Assembly (NCBI GenBank): GCA_043228905.1
Contig: JBHGNT010000015.1
Location: forward strand, 19,406,001-19,470,000
Reading direction: 5' to 3'
DNA length: 64,000 nucleotides
Source of the DNA: Azolla caroliniana
Taxonomy: Eukaryota; Plantae; Polypodiophyta
How positions within the stretch are numbered: position 1 is the stretch's first letter; every line of letters begins with the position of its first letter. Position numbers and translations under genes: made by a program. Under the pieces are notes generated by a model that saw only the letters and a program-made list of their open reading frames with translations, was not told the origin of the DNA and did not search any database. Of the stretch, positions 25,544-38,241 are shown piece by piece.

Positions 25544-28500
25544 TCAATCATTACCTTCAGATTCAATAAAAAATTGTTTCATTCGATTCATCAAAAGATT
25601 TTGATAATCAACTTTCAAGCTTAAGACCCTGTCTAGTGTCAAAAACCCCACTACCTTATCATTTGCATTTTTGGCGAAAACGTAATCTCTCTTCATTTCA
25701 AGAACCGCAACCATTCTCGCTTCACTCTCAAGAAGCAAAGTTACTGCTCTTCCAACTGATGTATTGGCCGGAACAGTCGGAGGAGGGCCCCTCATGATGC
25801 TCTCGAGTGTCACATTTAACTGTAATACAACAAAACCTTTCTCTTTCCTAATCCTCTTTAACCTCAATCTCTCTCTTGAAATTTTACTAATTTAGATATA
25901 TTTCTTCTGGTTTGATGTTCTGAAAGATGAGTCATTACTTTCAGCTGTAATCTCTCGTTTGGTCTCATAGGCCATTTTGGCCATTAATATAGATCACTCT
26001 CTCTTTTTTTTCTTTTTGGTTATATGCTTGAGTTTTCTCTCTTTTCTTTTCCATCATGTTTTTGTTTTCTTTCCCCAGAATTTCAACCCTAACACACATA
26101 TTTCCCTCTCACTCTCAATTGCAAGGATCATCAATAAATAAATAAACTCAAACTATAGTATAATGGCTTCAGAATCGAAACACAAAATTTTCTTCTGAGA
26201 TAAGATGCATTCTTCTGGTTTTGGAGAAAGTTGATTTTGAGCTTGGTGATAAATCTTTTTTATACATGACAGTTCTTTTTTAAGATGTTCTATAGCCCTT
26301 CGATAAGAATTATACAACCACCCTCTCTACGTATAAGGGCCAATGATTCTTCAATCATCCTTTTTCATTGTTCCAAGAGATCCATATGTTCTGTAGATCA
26401 ATTCTATTTTATTACATTATCAAAAGACAAACTAGATTCCAAATCTATCAAACACAACAAAGTTATTTCTTAAAACGAGATAGATAATAACTGTATTGTA
26501 CCTCATAACAGTCTTCGCGATGCACAACGCCTACACATCTTCCCGCCTCATCCACAACTGGAACCACAGGATCCCGAAAGAACTGCATCATTACTTCTAA
26601 CACCCGAGCGTCGGGCAGTGGAGCCTTCCTTTCTTCCACAGCGTGCATCCATTTTGACACCGGATCATTCATTGATACCTAAATTTGTATTGCATTTTCA
26701 GTTGTTTCATTTACATACTACTTTTACGGTTGTCGCTCAGAAATGTTTTATTTTTAATGTTTTGTATTGTGAATTTTCTATTAATTTTTATCTATGAAAA
26801 TACAAATTGATGGACATATCTAGTGATTAAACAAACTATGCAGTTATAATGAGCAAATCAAATTCATTGAATAGATAAATCCACGAAATCTATAATAATC
26901 TTTGAATGCATTGGTCTATATGAGGAGACATAATATTATGACGCCTATAATATCCATTTTTTCTATATCTTTAATGAAGAGATGAAATGTAGAGGATAGA
27001 GAAAAAAACTTTACGCACCTCTTCACGCAGTATAAAAGGCTCAAACATTTCATGATCAACGTTGCAAAGAAAGTTGAGCCTTATAATTGCCTAAAGTACA
27101 TGTAAGTCATCTAGTCATTCAGCATCTTATAGTGTTTTTGATAGTAATATAAGCTATCAGTATTCTTTTAGAAAACAAAACTTACCAAGTAACCCCGACT
27201 ACTCAAAGGCAATCCTTTTCTTACACCTTTCATGTCTTTCAAGTGTTTCATTGCAAGACCCAACTATGCAAAATGAATAAAACAAAATTAATTTAGTTTG
27301 ATTTCAAGACAACTCTAAAAAATGCATATAAAATAATTTAATTCAGTTTAATTGCAAGATCCGACTACGCAAAATGCATAAAAGGGATATTTACTTTGAT
27401 TTCAAGCCCAACTATGCAAATTTCAGAAAACAAATTTAATTCAGTTTGATTGCAAGACACAACTCTGTAAAATGCATATAAATTAATTTAGTTTAGTTTA
27501 GTTGCATAAATGCATAAAATGATATTTACTTTAATTGCAAGCCCCAGCTATGCAAAATTCATAAAACTAAATTTACTTTGATTCCAGGACTCAACTATCC
27601 AAAACTCATAAAACAATAACTATAGTTTCATTGCAAGGCCCAACAATGAAAATTCATGTAAATAATATTTAGTTTGATTTTGATGAAGCAACTTCTCAAA
27701 TGCATAGAAACAATTGCTTTAATTCGATTGCAAGGCCCAAGTATGCAAATGCATAAAACAGCATTTAGTCTGATTGCCACACCCAACTGTATAAATGCAT
27801 AAAATCATACTGCGTTTAATTTCCGGACCTTTCTGAAGAAAACATTTATAGACCTTAACCTATAATTTGCACAGCTGATTAAACAAAATAAATTTCATGT
27901 CAGATTACCAAATCGCTCACCTGACCATTATTTACTGCAGCCTCAATGAGCAGCTCATCAGCCTCAACCCGATGTTGAGGTGTGACTGGTCCAGAAGCTA
28001 AAGGAATCATTTCAGAATGAAGTTTTTGTACAACCTCAATATCTCCTTTTGCAGCAAATGCCCTCATAAGGGAGAGGAAAACATGTGGTTTTGGTCGTAA
28101 ATCCTTCTTTTCTTTTGAAAGTTGTAGCATCTCTTCAAGGAGTAAGAGACCTTCCTTCAAACCTGAATGCCACAACACAATTATTTTCAAATGCCCAACA
28201 ATTCAAACAATTCATGTCATAAGGAATTTAGTGTATAAACCTGAAGAAGTTTCAGTCATGAGAAAGGCATCAATAATGACACCATACGCAATACGATCTA
28301 ATTTACACCCTTCTGAGCTTTTCAATTCCTTCACTAAACTTGACAAACCATCACAATCACCCCGTTGTCCACATCCCTGGTAATCAAACAAAGTGCATCT
28401 GATAAGCATTCCATGGATTTTCAAAATCCTTAAAAGCAGTAGTTTACAGGAGTTTACAAGTTTGAAAAACAAAGATTATAATAACTGTACACGTAGAATC

Positions 28501-31500
28501 CATCAGAATCACTGTACTAGAAACTGGATTAATGAATATAGTTGTCTCATATCTAATGCAACATAGCTTTAGTCTATATATGCTAGTCCACAAATGATAT
28601 AAATGACAATTGGCCATATATTTCCATGCTCTAGATTGGTTCTTCTATTTAATGTATTGATGCACGGATCTTTGCCTACTCTTAAGCACTGAAAATATGA
28701 ATCATGAAGCAATGTGAAAATAGCATCCAGCCTACACTTTGCATTGGAAGCTGATATGACTTTTCCGGTACATGCATGCTTTAATCCTCTCTTTCACTAT
28801 ACAAGAGATCACTAGGTCCAGTGTTCATAAGACCAAACCACTAGAAGCACATCCGCATTCTAGAAATCTCTCCCTTTTGGATCATCATACATTGGATACA
28901 GTGCACTAGTTTGATAGATCAGACCAAAGCTCATGCATCTCCAATAGCTTTATACACATCGCTACTTTCTTCACAGTCAACCGGTTCATATGAACATAGC
29001 TTCTTTATTTTGTTCTAACTAATTAGAACAAGACAGCATGACTTGGGGTCTCATAGACTATCATAATCCCATGGAGAAATAAAGCAGAAGGATGAATCAA
29101 AATGTGACACTGCACAATCTCTCATGGAAGTTTTACAGTACCTGTATCAAAGTGGTGTATGTCACAATATCTGGAAGCAATTCTGATGATATAAAACGTT
29201 CAGCTGCTTCCTGAAAAGTAGAGTGTTTTAAATTATAAACATGCCATATTAAAAACGTTAGTTCACCTTAAAAATTACAAAATACAGATTTGGTTTTTGA
29301 AAAGAATGGAAAATAACGTGCACATGCTAGAATTGAAGGCTAGTAGCAGTAGAAATTTTCCTATCACTACATACCTTCATCTCTCCCAACAATTTGAAAG
29401 CTTCTGTCATATCTCCACCCCGTACACATGCTAAAATTAAAGAATTGAAGGTAATCCTTTGTGGTTCTAAACCCAGTCTATTTATATCATCTCTCAGCTT
29501 CAATGCTTCCATTGGGCTAGTAGATCGTGTATATCCCTACCTCAGAACATACATTAAATCAGAGGGATAATGTAACAAGAATGCACATAACTTAGCTAAC
29601 CACCACAAAATAGAATATATTTTTATCATCCATGAGGTCAATTTTGACCATCAAATCCTCTCAGGAAAATGTTTAGAAAGAACAATTTGTACCTTGATAA
29701 GAATATTGTAAGTGAATATTGATGGACCAGAACGATTGAATGTAGAGCGATATCTACTAAGGGCACCAAGTGCACGCATCATATCCCCTGTGTTACATAA
29801 ATGCTTCACTGTCTATAATTTCAACTCAAATTGGACTAGTTGTGTGTTACATAATGGAAAGGAAACAACACAAGTAGTTCCTTTTCTCTTAAAAGATGTT
29901 AATATATCTTTTTATTCCTTCTGTTGTCACTGCTACTAAGCCCATCATTACAAATAGACAGTACCAAAACAAACCCCTTGGTCTCCTTTCAACTAGTATC
30001 AAAGCAAGGTTATATCCTCATATGACCAAAGCATTGCAAACAAAAGTGTGTTGCGGATTCACTTCTCTAAGAACTTCAAGCTTCTTGTTGAAATTGCATT
30101 GCAAGAAAAAGACCAAAACAAACCGTAAAACACTATGTGCAGGTACTATTCCATGGCAAGAAAACCTCATGACAACAATGTATGCAAATTTGGTTCGAAA
30201 TTGTTCCAAACATTCTCCTTGGTGGCTAGGTTCTTCTCAGTAGGTTATTTTTACGCACTAACAATTTCTCTAATTACGTAGTTTAACTTCACAATTTCTT
30301 GAATTTAAGTTTACAAATTAATTGACTTAACTTCAGAACTTATTTCTGGATGAAAATGGCTAACTATACATCTGATCTTAAATTAATGTATGAAATCAGA
30401 AGATTTGATGCATAAGCTTTGATTTGTGGAAAGTTAGAATGTTTAGCATCTTATTTCTTAAGGAATAAAACCACACTTTGGAAAGTGAGACGCCAACCAC
30501 TTTGACAAACCTTACATGGTCTAACTTGAATAAGAAAGAGATTGCATAAATTCAAATGGTTGTCATACATGATGAAATCCATGTGGAACATCTTGGACTG
30601 CAACACTGCTTATGAAGTGGAAAAAGCTAAGAGCAACATAAAATGAGAAAGGTGGTGTCTATGCAATTGGATGAGTCAAATATTACAAATGTGCACACAA
30701 GCATTTGCTAAGAGGTAAAAGCCTAGTTCCTTCTAATGACTCTTCTTCATAGTTGGAGTTGAGTCATTAGTAGTCTCATTATCTAATAACCCCAATGTTA
30801 CATTTGATTGTTGGCCGTCCAATAGGGGCATTGTAAAAATGATTATGTAAATTAGCAGAACTACAAGATAGATAAGGAAAATGGTATATAAAGGGACTTT
30901 TGTATTATTATTATAGTCATTAAAAAGGACCTCCAGATCCAGATTGGAGTTATGGGAAAAACAATATGCACAAAACCATGGGTTAAGACCATGGTTTTCA
31001 CACATGGCTTAAGACTATGGTTTTTGCATATGAATCACCCATGGTTTCCCATATATAGGAACTATTGAAAGAACATTGAATCTAGTCAAGATTCCGTTTT
31101 TCTAAAGAAGCAATATATGCCATTTGAATGTCATAGAATATCATAAATTTTCAGCAAAAACAAAAGCATCATCAATCTCATCTTGTGTAAATCTACATGC
31201 GAGATTTTAAGTTCGCCAACTAAGTTACGCTCATCTAACGAATAGAGACCCCGCATTTGTCCACACACACAATTCATGACATGAATCTAGTGAATCTAAT
31301 GTGAAACATTGCAGGGTGGAGATGAAGGTTTCAAACGAGCTAGAGATCATCACATTGGACTATGAATTGAAGACACTACTAGAGATGACCAACATTATAG
31401 AACAATTAGCTCTACCGTTCATATACCTAACAATAAAACAACTTCAACAAGGAGATTGAGAAGGTATATTGTGAAAATTTTCAAATGCGAGGGCCATGTT

Positions 31501-34500
31501 TCGAATGGTCCAATAAGATCCCAAATATGATAGGATTTCTATGACTATATGGTCAAAGGTGGCGTGCTCATCAATATAAATAGAGGTCGATGACAACCAC
31601 AACATGAAGATTATGCAAGATGCTGAGGAAAGCCATGCAGACTCGATACACTACCCATGTAAGTTGGGATAAAAGTTGGAAAAGAGAAATGCACTTCTCT
31701 TTTCAAACTCTAATCCTAGTTGATGTGGCGTAGTACAGTACATTTGCGTAGCTTTTAATTAATTGCAATAAGCTCACCACCATTGACCATATCCTTATAG
31801 AAATTCCTAGCATATTTAAGATGTTCTTGTGAGAAAAGCTGTTAATAGCAGCAGCAGAACAGCTGTTAGAACAAAATAGACACAGCCAAACTGTGAGTAG
31901 TTGTTAGACAGCAGTAGAAAAAATGGTTGCAATCAGTAGAGACACAGCCAAAGAGTAGAGCTTGTTTGTAAATAGTAGCAAAAATAAATGTCTTTACCAA
32001 AGAGGTTAGTATAGCGTATTTATACAAAATTGGGGAAAGTGGGTGAAATGGTTGTTTGGTAGTTAAGTGACTCTTGTACTACCAAACAGGTACAATAAAC
32101 TAGGAATAAGAGGGGATATTTTGGAAAAAGTGGAAGAGAGAAAAGGCATTTAAAGCGTTGCAGATTCTAGAGAGAGAAGAATCTAGGAAGAGAGAGAATG
32201 TAGAACAGAGATAATAAAGATGAAAGAGAGTGCAGGTCTGGAGCTGCCACCCTCCAACAGTTCTCAGGCCATTTGAAACATGGCCCTCGCATTTGAAATT
32301 TTCTCACATCCACCTTCCAAATATCCTTGTTGAAATTGTTCTATCACCAACCATATGAATGTTAATGCTAACCGTTCTACAGTGTTGGTCATCTGTAGTA
32401 TTGTTTTCACTCCGTAAACCATTATGACAATATCTATCTCACTTGAAACCTTCATCTCCACCCTGCAGCGTTACATCTTAGGTTCGAGATATACAACTTT
32501 GGCCATGCTATGAAAACAATGCTACTTGGGACACTTCCACAAACCCCATACCAAAGGATGGTTATTCGAGACCATGCCTCCCAATCCTCATGTTTGGTGC
32601 AGTCATATGAACTCCGAACATCATGTGTTTGTAACGGAAGATATGTAACAAAGCATCCACCCCACATGTGATCATTTGTGCTGAATTGGCAACACCTCTC
32701 ATGATAGTAAAAGCATTGCTCCGAACAATGAACCTCATCAACCACATTTGAAACCATGTCACCTCATTGGTGCAGACACAAATATAGAGTGTTCTCTCAT
32801 CATGTGTTTGTAATGGAAGATATGTAGCAAAGCATCCACCTCACATGTGATCATTTGTGCTGAATTGGCAACACCTCTCATGATAGTAGAAGCATTACGC
32901 CGAACAATGAAACTCATCAAGCAGATTCGAAACCATGTCACCACAAAGAATCACATGTATAGTGTTCAAACAACAAAATAAATGATGACAACAGTACATC
33001 AGATGGAGTATGGTAATCAAAGGTGATGAGCTGGCTAAACAACAATGGCTTTTACATTGAGAATTTGCCACACTTAAGATATTGTACACCCACAAAATGA
33101 TGAACGGAACAAGGTATTGTGGGAAAACCTAAGGGGGATCTATATTCAAAAGTTTTGGATCACATCAAGGGAGCCTCTTGCCCAAAGATGGCCTATGACA
33201 AAGATTATTCCATGAAATTATGAAAGGATGGATTCATATAGAGACCAAAGTACAGGGACATAGACATGCACTATAGTATAGTGCTCACAAAGAATAGGCC
33301 AACTCAGAGTTTCCTCCCACCAACTACAGATCAAGGCAAGATGAGCACTTCACATACCTAGAGACAAAAGATTTTGCAAATTATGTAAAAGAGAGATTGA
33401 AATAGAGGAACATTTTGTGTGTAGGTGTTAATATGCACATCAAAGAGGCGTATGCTACCATTGAAGTAGACTCTGCCATCATTGACAAATGATGTAGAAG
33501 GCCCTTTGGCCAAATCTTGCTTGAACTTGAAAAGGCATTGGGGGTAGACCCTTATATTAGTATGCGGGATGCAAAGGAAATATCACATCACTGATGTCTT
33601 CCATAGCTCCCCACATGCAATAACAAGGTGCGAAGGAGCCAACATAGATTGAGCAGAGAAATACCGACGAAAGCAGTGACCACAAGTGCCATTTTATAAT
33701 GCACATGAGCCATACGATCACCAGATCATGGACATCATTTCTCTCCATGTCTGATCCATATGAGAGCATGCAGATGCACTTGTTGAACTTCGTCATAGCC
33801 TCGCTCCAATGCACCAACCAACCTCATATAAAATGTCCAATCACCACTACTCAGCCCATACATATCCGTTATGCACTCCATACTTGCAAACCATCCCGAT
33901 ATCATTCCACCGTATGCATTAGGATCACTATTATTGACCTTCAGAAAACTTGGAGCTTTTATTTTTGTTTTAGTATCAATACAATGAATTCACCCATATT
34001 TTAAAATCTCCATTTGTCTCATAAGCCAATTTTGACCTCTAGTAGACATCAATATATCTCTCTTGCACGTAGGCCCCGGCCCCTTGGACCACGACCTCAA
34101 CACCCTTGTCATCGACAGATAAAGGCCATTATCTACCGCCACTTCCCTCACTTCGGAGACCTTTCCATTCTGGATCGACCTATGCTAGAGATCTTCCGAA
34201 GACAAAAGCTACAATATATCTAGCTTGAAAATCTCACATGTGCTGAAAACCAGATTCCCTCATCTCCTTTAATCTTATTTACTTTTATATCTGAGGAGTA
34301 ATATTTATTTTATTTTGATTTGTTGTTCTCAGAGACGAGACAACATTTAAGACGTAATCTCTTGTTTGGTCTTATCGGCCATTTTGGCCTCTTAAAAGAC
34401 GTTAATATATCTTTCTTTCTTTCTCACATGCCACTTTTTTCTCTTAAAAGACATAAGCATTTCTTTCTTTCTTTCTCCCTGCTCCCCCTCTCTACTGATT

Positions 34501-36240
34501 TTGCAAGCAAGCCACAATGCACCATATTATGCTTGGTGTGAAATGTGTTATTTTTAAATCCAAAAACAATTGTGGAAACAAAGAATTTTGTGTTAAAGTC
34601 AGGTGGAGAAAATAGTAGGAAAGGAACCAAATGAACCTGCATCTGCAAAAGCATTGAGCAAAGTGCGAAGATGGACCTCTGTCAGAGTAGATTCTCCGGG
34701 AGCAGTGCCATCCTCCAGAGCTTCTACAAGTTCAAAAGCATCATCAAACATCCTGCTCTCTCCTAGTCCCTATAGGTATTCCAAGGATCAGATAGACTCC
34801 CATTTTTTCTTTTTTTCTTTTATATATAATCCCTAAAGAGATTATGTGGTTTTGGTTATCATTTCTCATATGATGCACATACTTTTAGTAGTATTGCATA
34901 GGTAACATCATTCACTCCACAGTTTCCTGGCTCTAACATATTCTTAAATATAGTGTAGGCCCGAGATAGATCACGGCAGTGCACGCACGCAGCAAGCGCA
35001 GTATTCATCACCATTTGGTTAGGCTTGTAATTACTCAAGATGGCCTCATCGAGTATTTGAAGAGCCTGAAGAGAAATAGAAATGTAAGATTAGACATAAT
35101 TGAGAATGAATCTCGTACAGCATAGCAAGCACCAAAAAAGGAAAACTACCAATGTCAACCACTATAATTATCAGAATGTTTACCAAAACACTATCCAAAC
35201 TTTAAAAATTACTAGGTCACCATTTCTGTTTTGTAAAGCTAATTCATACCATATTAGTGAAATGAAGCAGAAAATGTTTTACTACCACTTCTTGTCCAGA
35301 CTGATTCCAACAAATTTTAGATAATTTGACACGCATTAATGAACAATTACTTCCTTTAAAGCATAAATTTACCGTATTGAGTTGACGTCGTTTGGTGAGA
35401 TCAGAAATCCTACGAATGAGTGAGGTGTGCATCTTCGACAAAAGTCGATGAGCTTTTTTATTACTGGATTTGTTGTTATCCTCGATAAGTTTTGAGGGCT
35501 GCGAGAGATGCTTTTCTTCAGGCCGGAAACAATAGATGGTTGAGCTCTGACACTGATGAAATGTGATGATAAGTTAGGGGGAAGGAATAAGCCTTGCGGC
35601 TGGACATGGGTCCACCTCTGGAGACAAAATGGAGGTCAAATTCTACCTCTAATGCTAAGTTAACCATTCAAATTTTAGCTTTTCTTTCATGCATCTAGGA
35701 GCAGTCAATATTTCGTTTAGGCCTAACATCATCACAGAACACAATAAATTCGAGCTTTCAAAATTTAGTGTTAATTGATCATACACGCATAGAAAGCATA
35801 AACCAGAGTTTTATTTTCGGCCTAATTTGATCAGAATTTCATAAAATGTAAAACTAGAGATTAAATTAAGGCAATTTTGATCATAAAATCATAGAACGCA
35901 TTAAACATAGATTCATATTTTAGGGTTAATTTGATTGCAGAATCATAGACTATATACAGTAGATACATCTTTAGTGTTTGATCATATGGTCACGGAATAC
36001 ACATGAAATCAAGCTTAATCTAGGGATACAGAAAAAAAAAACATAAGATAACTTCCCCATCTTTCAGTGTTAATTCGATCATAACCGGCCAATAAAAGGC
36101 CTCCCCATTTGGGAGAAGAAAGAAAGAGGGGCGATAAGGAATACCTCGTCATTGGAGAATGTCTTCTGTGTGAGATGGAGAGGAGCAGAGCGGAGGGATG
36201 GGGAAGAGCTGAAGCTCAGCTCTCGGCAGCAGGCCGCCAT
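25544..36240 (-). CDS. P-class PPR protein with C-terminal CBS domains (At5g10690-like), about 13 exons, probable plastid transit peptide
   Basis: Exons approximately 36145-36240 (MAACCRELSFSSSPSLRS), ~35373-35550 (RISDLTKRRQLNT), 34884-35066, ~34635-34775, ~29693-29790, 29375-29537 (ITFNSLILACV), 29142-29210 (PDIVTYTTLIQ), 28241-28377, 27921-28162 (RPKPHVFLSLMRAFAAKGD; ELLIEAAVNNGQ), 27186-27263, ~27020-27090, 26502-26678 (MQFFRDPVVPVVDEAGRCVGVVHREDC) and 25544-25820 (MRGPPPTV). The exon-2 acceptor is uncertain. Confidence 0.9.
25870..26110 (+). mobile_element. 3'-end fragment of the same LINE family, in the last intron of the PPR-CBS gene
   Basis: TGTAATCTCTCGTTTGGTCTCATAGGCCATTTTGGCC matches 34354-34390 and is followed by a T/CT-rich tail. 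Confidence 0.6.
27245..27830. repeat. Degenerate intronic tandem array, ~11-12 x ~50 bp, whose first unit spans a real splice acceptor
   Basis: Unit ~ATTGCAAGACCCAACTATGCAAAATGCATAAAACAAAATTAATTTAGTTTG. The first copy overlaps the exon 27186-27263 boundary. Confidence 0.88.
31300..31515 (-). mobile_element. LINE RT fragment, inverted relative to the copy at 32265-32478
   Basis: GCAGGGTGGAGATGAAGGTTTCAA...TTTCAAATGCGAGGGCCATGTTTC is the reverse complement of 32265-32468. Confidence 0.8.
32260..34490 (+). mobile_element. Non-LTR retrotransposon (LINE) remnant: end of RT, C-terminal CCHC knuckle and ~0.9-kb 3' UTR; internal ~180-bp duplication (32620-32940)
   Basis: Degenerate frames read HFHKPHTKGWLFET, ICNKASTPHVIICAELATPLMIVKALLRTM and RIGQLRVSSHQLQIKAR*ALHIPRDKRFCKLCKREIEIEEHFVCRC, typical of a LINE ORF2 C-terminus. 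Ends in a CT/T-rich tract. Confidence 0.85.
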
Positions 36241-36334
36241 TATCTCATTCTTTTATCTTGTGCCTTCCTTCCTTTGGCCAAGCAGAAAAGAAAAGAAGAG
36301 AAAGAAGGGAAGATTTGCACCCACATACTTTACA

Positions 36335-36600
36335 TAATATACATGCGTATATACGTACATATGTATACATATTTCTGTATTGTATTGTATGAATGTATAA
36401 TATGTATGTATGTATATATTGTACACAAATGTATGCATGTATGTATCGATGGATGTATGTAATGTATGGTTGTATATGTTGTATTGTGTATGTATATGTA
36501 TCTATGCATCATTGTTTGTATGTAATGTATGTAATGTATGTATGTATAGTATGGTTGTATATGTTGTATTGTGTATGTATATGTATATATGCATCATCAT

Positions 36601-36643
<43 letters not shown>

Positions 36644-37325
36644 GTATGTGTGCATACATGTGTACATACATACATACATACATGTATCTATGTATCATTG
36701 TATGTATGTATAAGTACATAGAATGCATGCATGCATGTATGTATAAGTATGTGTGCATGTATCATTGTATGTTTGTATGTATAAGTATGTATAAGTATGT
36801 AATGTATGCATGCATGTATGTATAGTATGGGTTTTATTTTTTAAAGAAGATATCTTGTCATTAGTGTAACCATTTTTACAAGATTTAAATTCTATGTGAT
36901 TGGGGGGGGGGGGGGGGAGAACAACCATTTCAGAGGTTGAAAATGTCAATAAGGAGTACCACAATTGGCTGTCATGAATGGAGTAGCTTTCCATATAGTG
37001 ATAAAGTCATGTCGTTGAGCAATTTTAGCATTAGTATGTATAGTATGGTTGTATATGTTGTATTGTGTATGGATATGTATCTATGCATCATTGTTTGTAT
37101 AAGTACATGTGCATGTGCATGTGCATGTATATGTATATGTATCTATGTATCTATGTATGTATGTATGTATAAGTACGTGTGCATACATTTTTACATAGAT
37201 ACATACATGTATATATGTATCATTGTATGTATGTATGTATGTATGTATGATTACGTATGTATAGTATGGAATCTGGATTATGGATGTATATGTCATGTAT
37301 ACATATGTATATATGTATATATATG
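36335..37325. repeat. Compound (TATG)n/(TG)n/(TA)n microsatellite region upstream of the PPR-CBS gene
   Basis: Visible simple repeats, plus a ~55-bp block GTATGGTTGTATATGTTGTATTGTGTATG repeated at ~36464, ~36549 and ~37043. Confidence 0.9.
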
Positions 37326-37448
37326 CTCTTTGGGTTTCTCTTTGTTTCATGGGCGATGCCCTCAAGTTTCTACTATTTCCCTCCAGATATCCTCCCCTCC
37401 CTTACATCGCTACGCAAAAGTGATTGGTTAGGGAATGAACCAAACGAT

Positions 37449-37530
37449 GTGGTGATGTAGGATTTGAACACCTACCTGAGTTATAGCGCCTAGATTGTGT
37501 GCATTAACCACCACCGCACGGGGTGCTCCT
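37449..37530 (-). mobile_element. Degenerate tRNA-derived SINE head
   Basis: Minus strand has A-box-like GGTGGTGGTTAATGC and B-box-like GTGTTCAAATCC at tRNA spacing. No intact cloverleaf. Confidence 0.4.
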
Positions 37531-37741
37531 CGATGACTAATATTGTTGGATGATGGACGACACGAAAGTCGAAAATTCGTTGTCATGAAGATTTTCGATA
37601 ATGGTGTGAAAATCACATAAAACGTACAAAATCGAGTGTGAATCACATAAAACAATAATAGTGAAGTATCTAAGCACAAAATGATGGAGGCCTTCAAGAG
37701 CTTTCGAATGTACTTTATTACACGAGAAACGGACAACTAGA

Positions 37742-38134
37742 TGTCAAGATATAAGGGTATAATGTTTGTGAAAGGAAAAGAGAAAACTGTGAGATATCCC
37801 ACATAGGCACGACAAATACGGCTCTCATCATATATAACGGAGAGCAAAAGATATTATCTTTGTGTTTATGTGTGGAGCATAGAGAGTTCAAGGTAACTTG
37901 AACTAAGAGTGAAGGTAGCGTAGCACTTATAAAGGTTTTGGCCAACCAAAACCGGTCCGGCGATGGAGCCGGTGCTCCAGCGACATCCGACAAAGCGACG
38001 GTGGCACACCGGCAACTGGTGATCCGACGGAGCCGGCAAGCAGGTGGAACCGACATCCGGCAGTGCACCAGCGAGGCGGCGACCACCGATAACCGATGGC
38101 ATCCTGCGGCATCCGGCGAACCGACGTCCAACGA
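37742..38134 (-). mobile_element. Solo LTR (copia-like) with target-site duplication
   Basis: Begins TGTCAA and ends CCAACG(A). Flanked by the direct repeat (A)CTAGA at 37736-37741 and 38134-38139. GC-rich GAGCCGG half and TATA-like TTTATAAGTGCTAC on the minus strand, the same layout as the LTR at 5021. Confidence 0.75.
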
Positions 38135-38170
38135 CTAGATAAATATATATATATATATATACATGTACAA

Positions 38171-38241
38171 GGAGGGCAAGTAAGGATTCAAACCTTGCAC
38201 CTCTAAGTTAGGAGTCAATTGGCTTACTGCTAAGCCAAGAT
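38171..38241 (-). mobile_element. Degenerate tRNA-derived SINE head
   Basis: Minus strand reads TGGCTTAGCAGTAAG (A-box-like)...CTCCTAA loop...GGTTTGAATCC (B-box). The acceptor stem does not pair. Confidence 0.5.

Noticed and set aside
35553-35617. Frameshift making the PPR-CBS gene a pseudogene
   Set aside because: The acceptor at 35618 is out of frame, but an alternative AG near 35553 restores the frame. This cannot be decided without transcripts, so the gene was kept as coding.
36109-37460. Cys/Tyr/Met/Val-rich ORFs (also 13283-13591)
   Set aside because: These are translations of TG/TATG/CA microsatellites.
38171-38241. Functional tRNA-Arg(CCT) gene
   Set aside because: A- and B-boxes are present, but the acceptor and anticodon stems do not pair; treated as a SINE or pseudo-tRNA.
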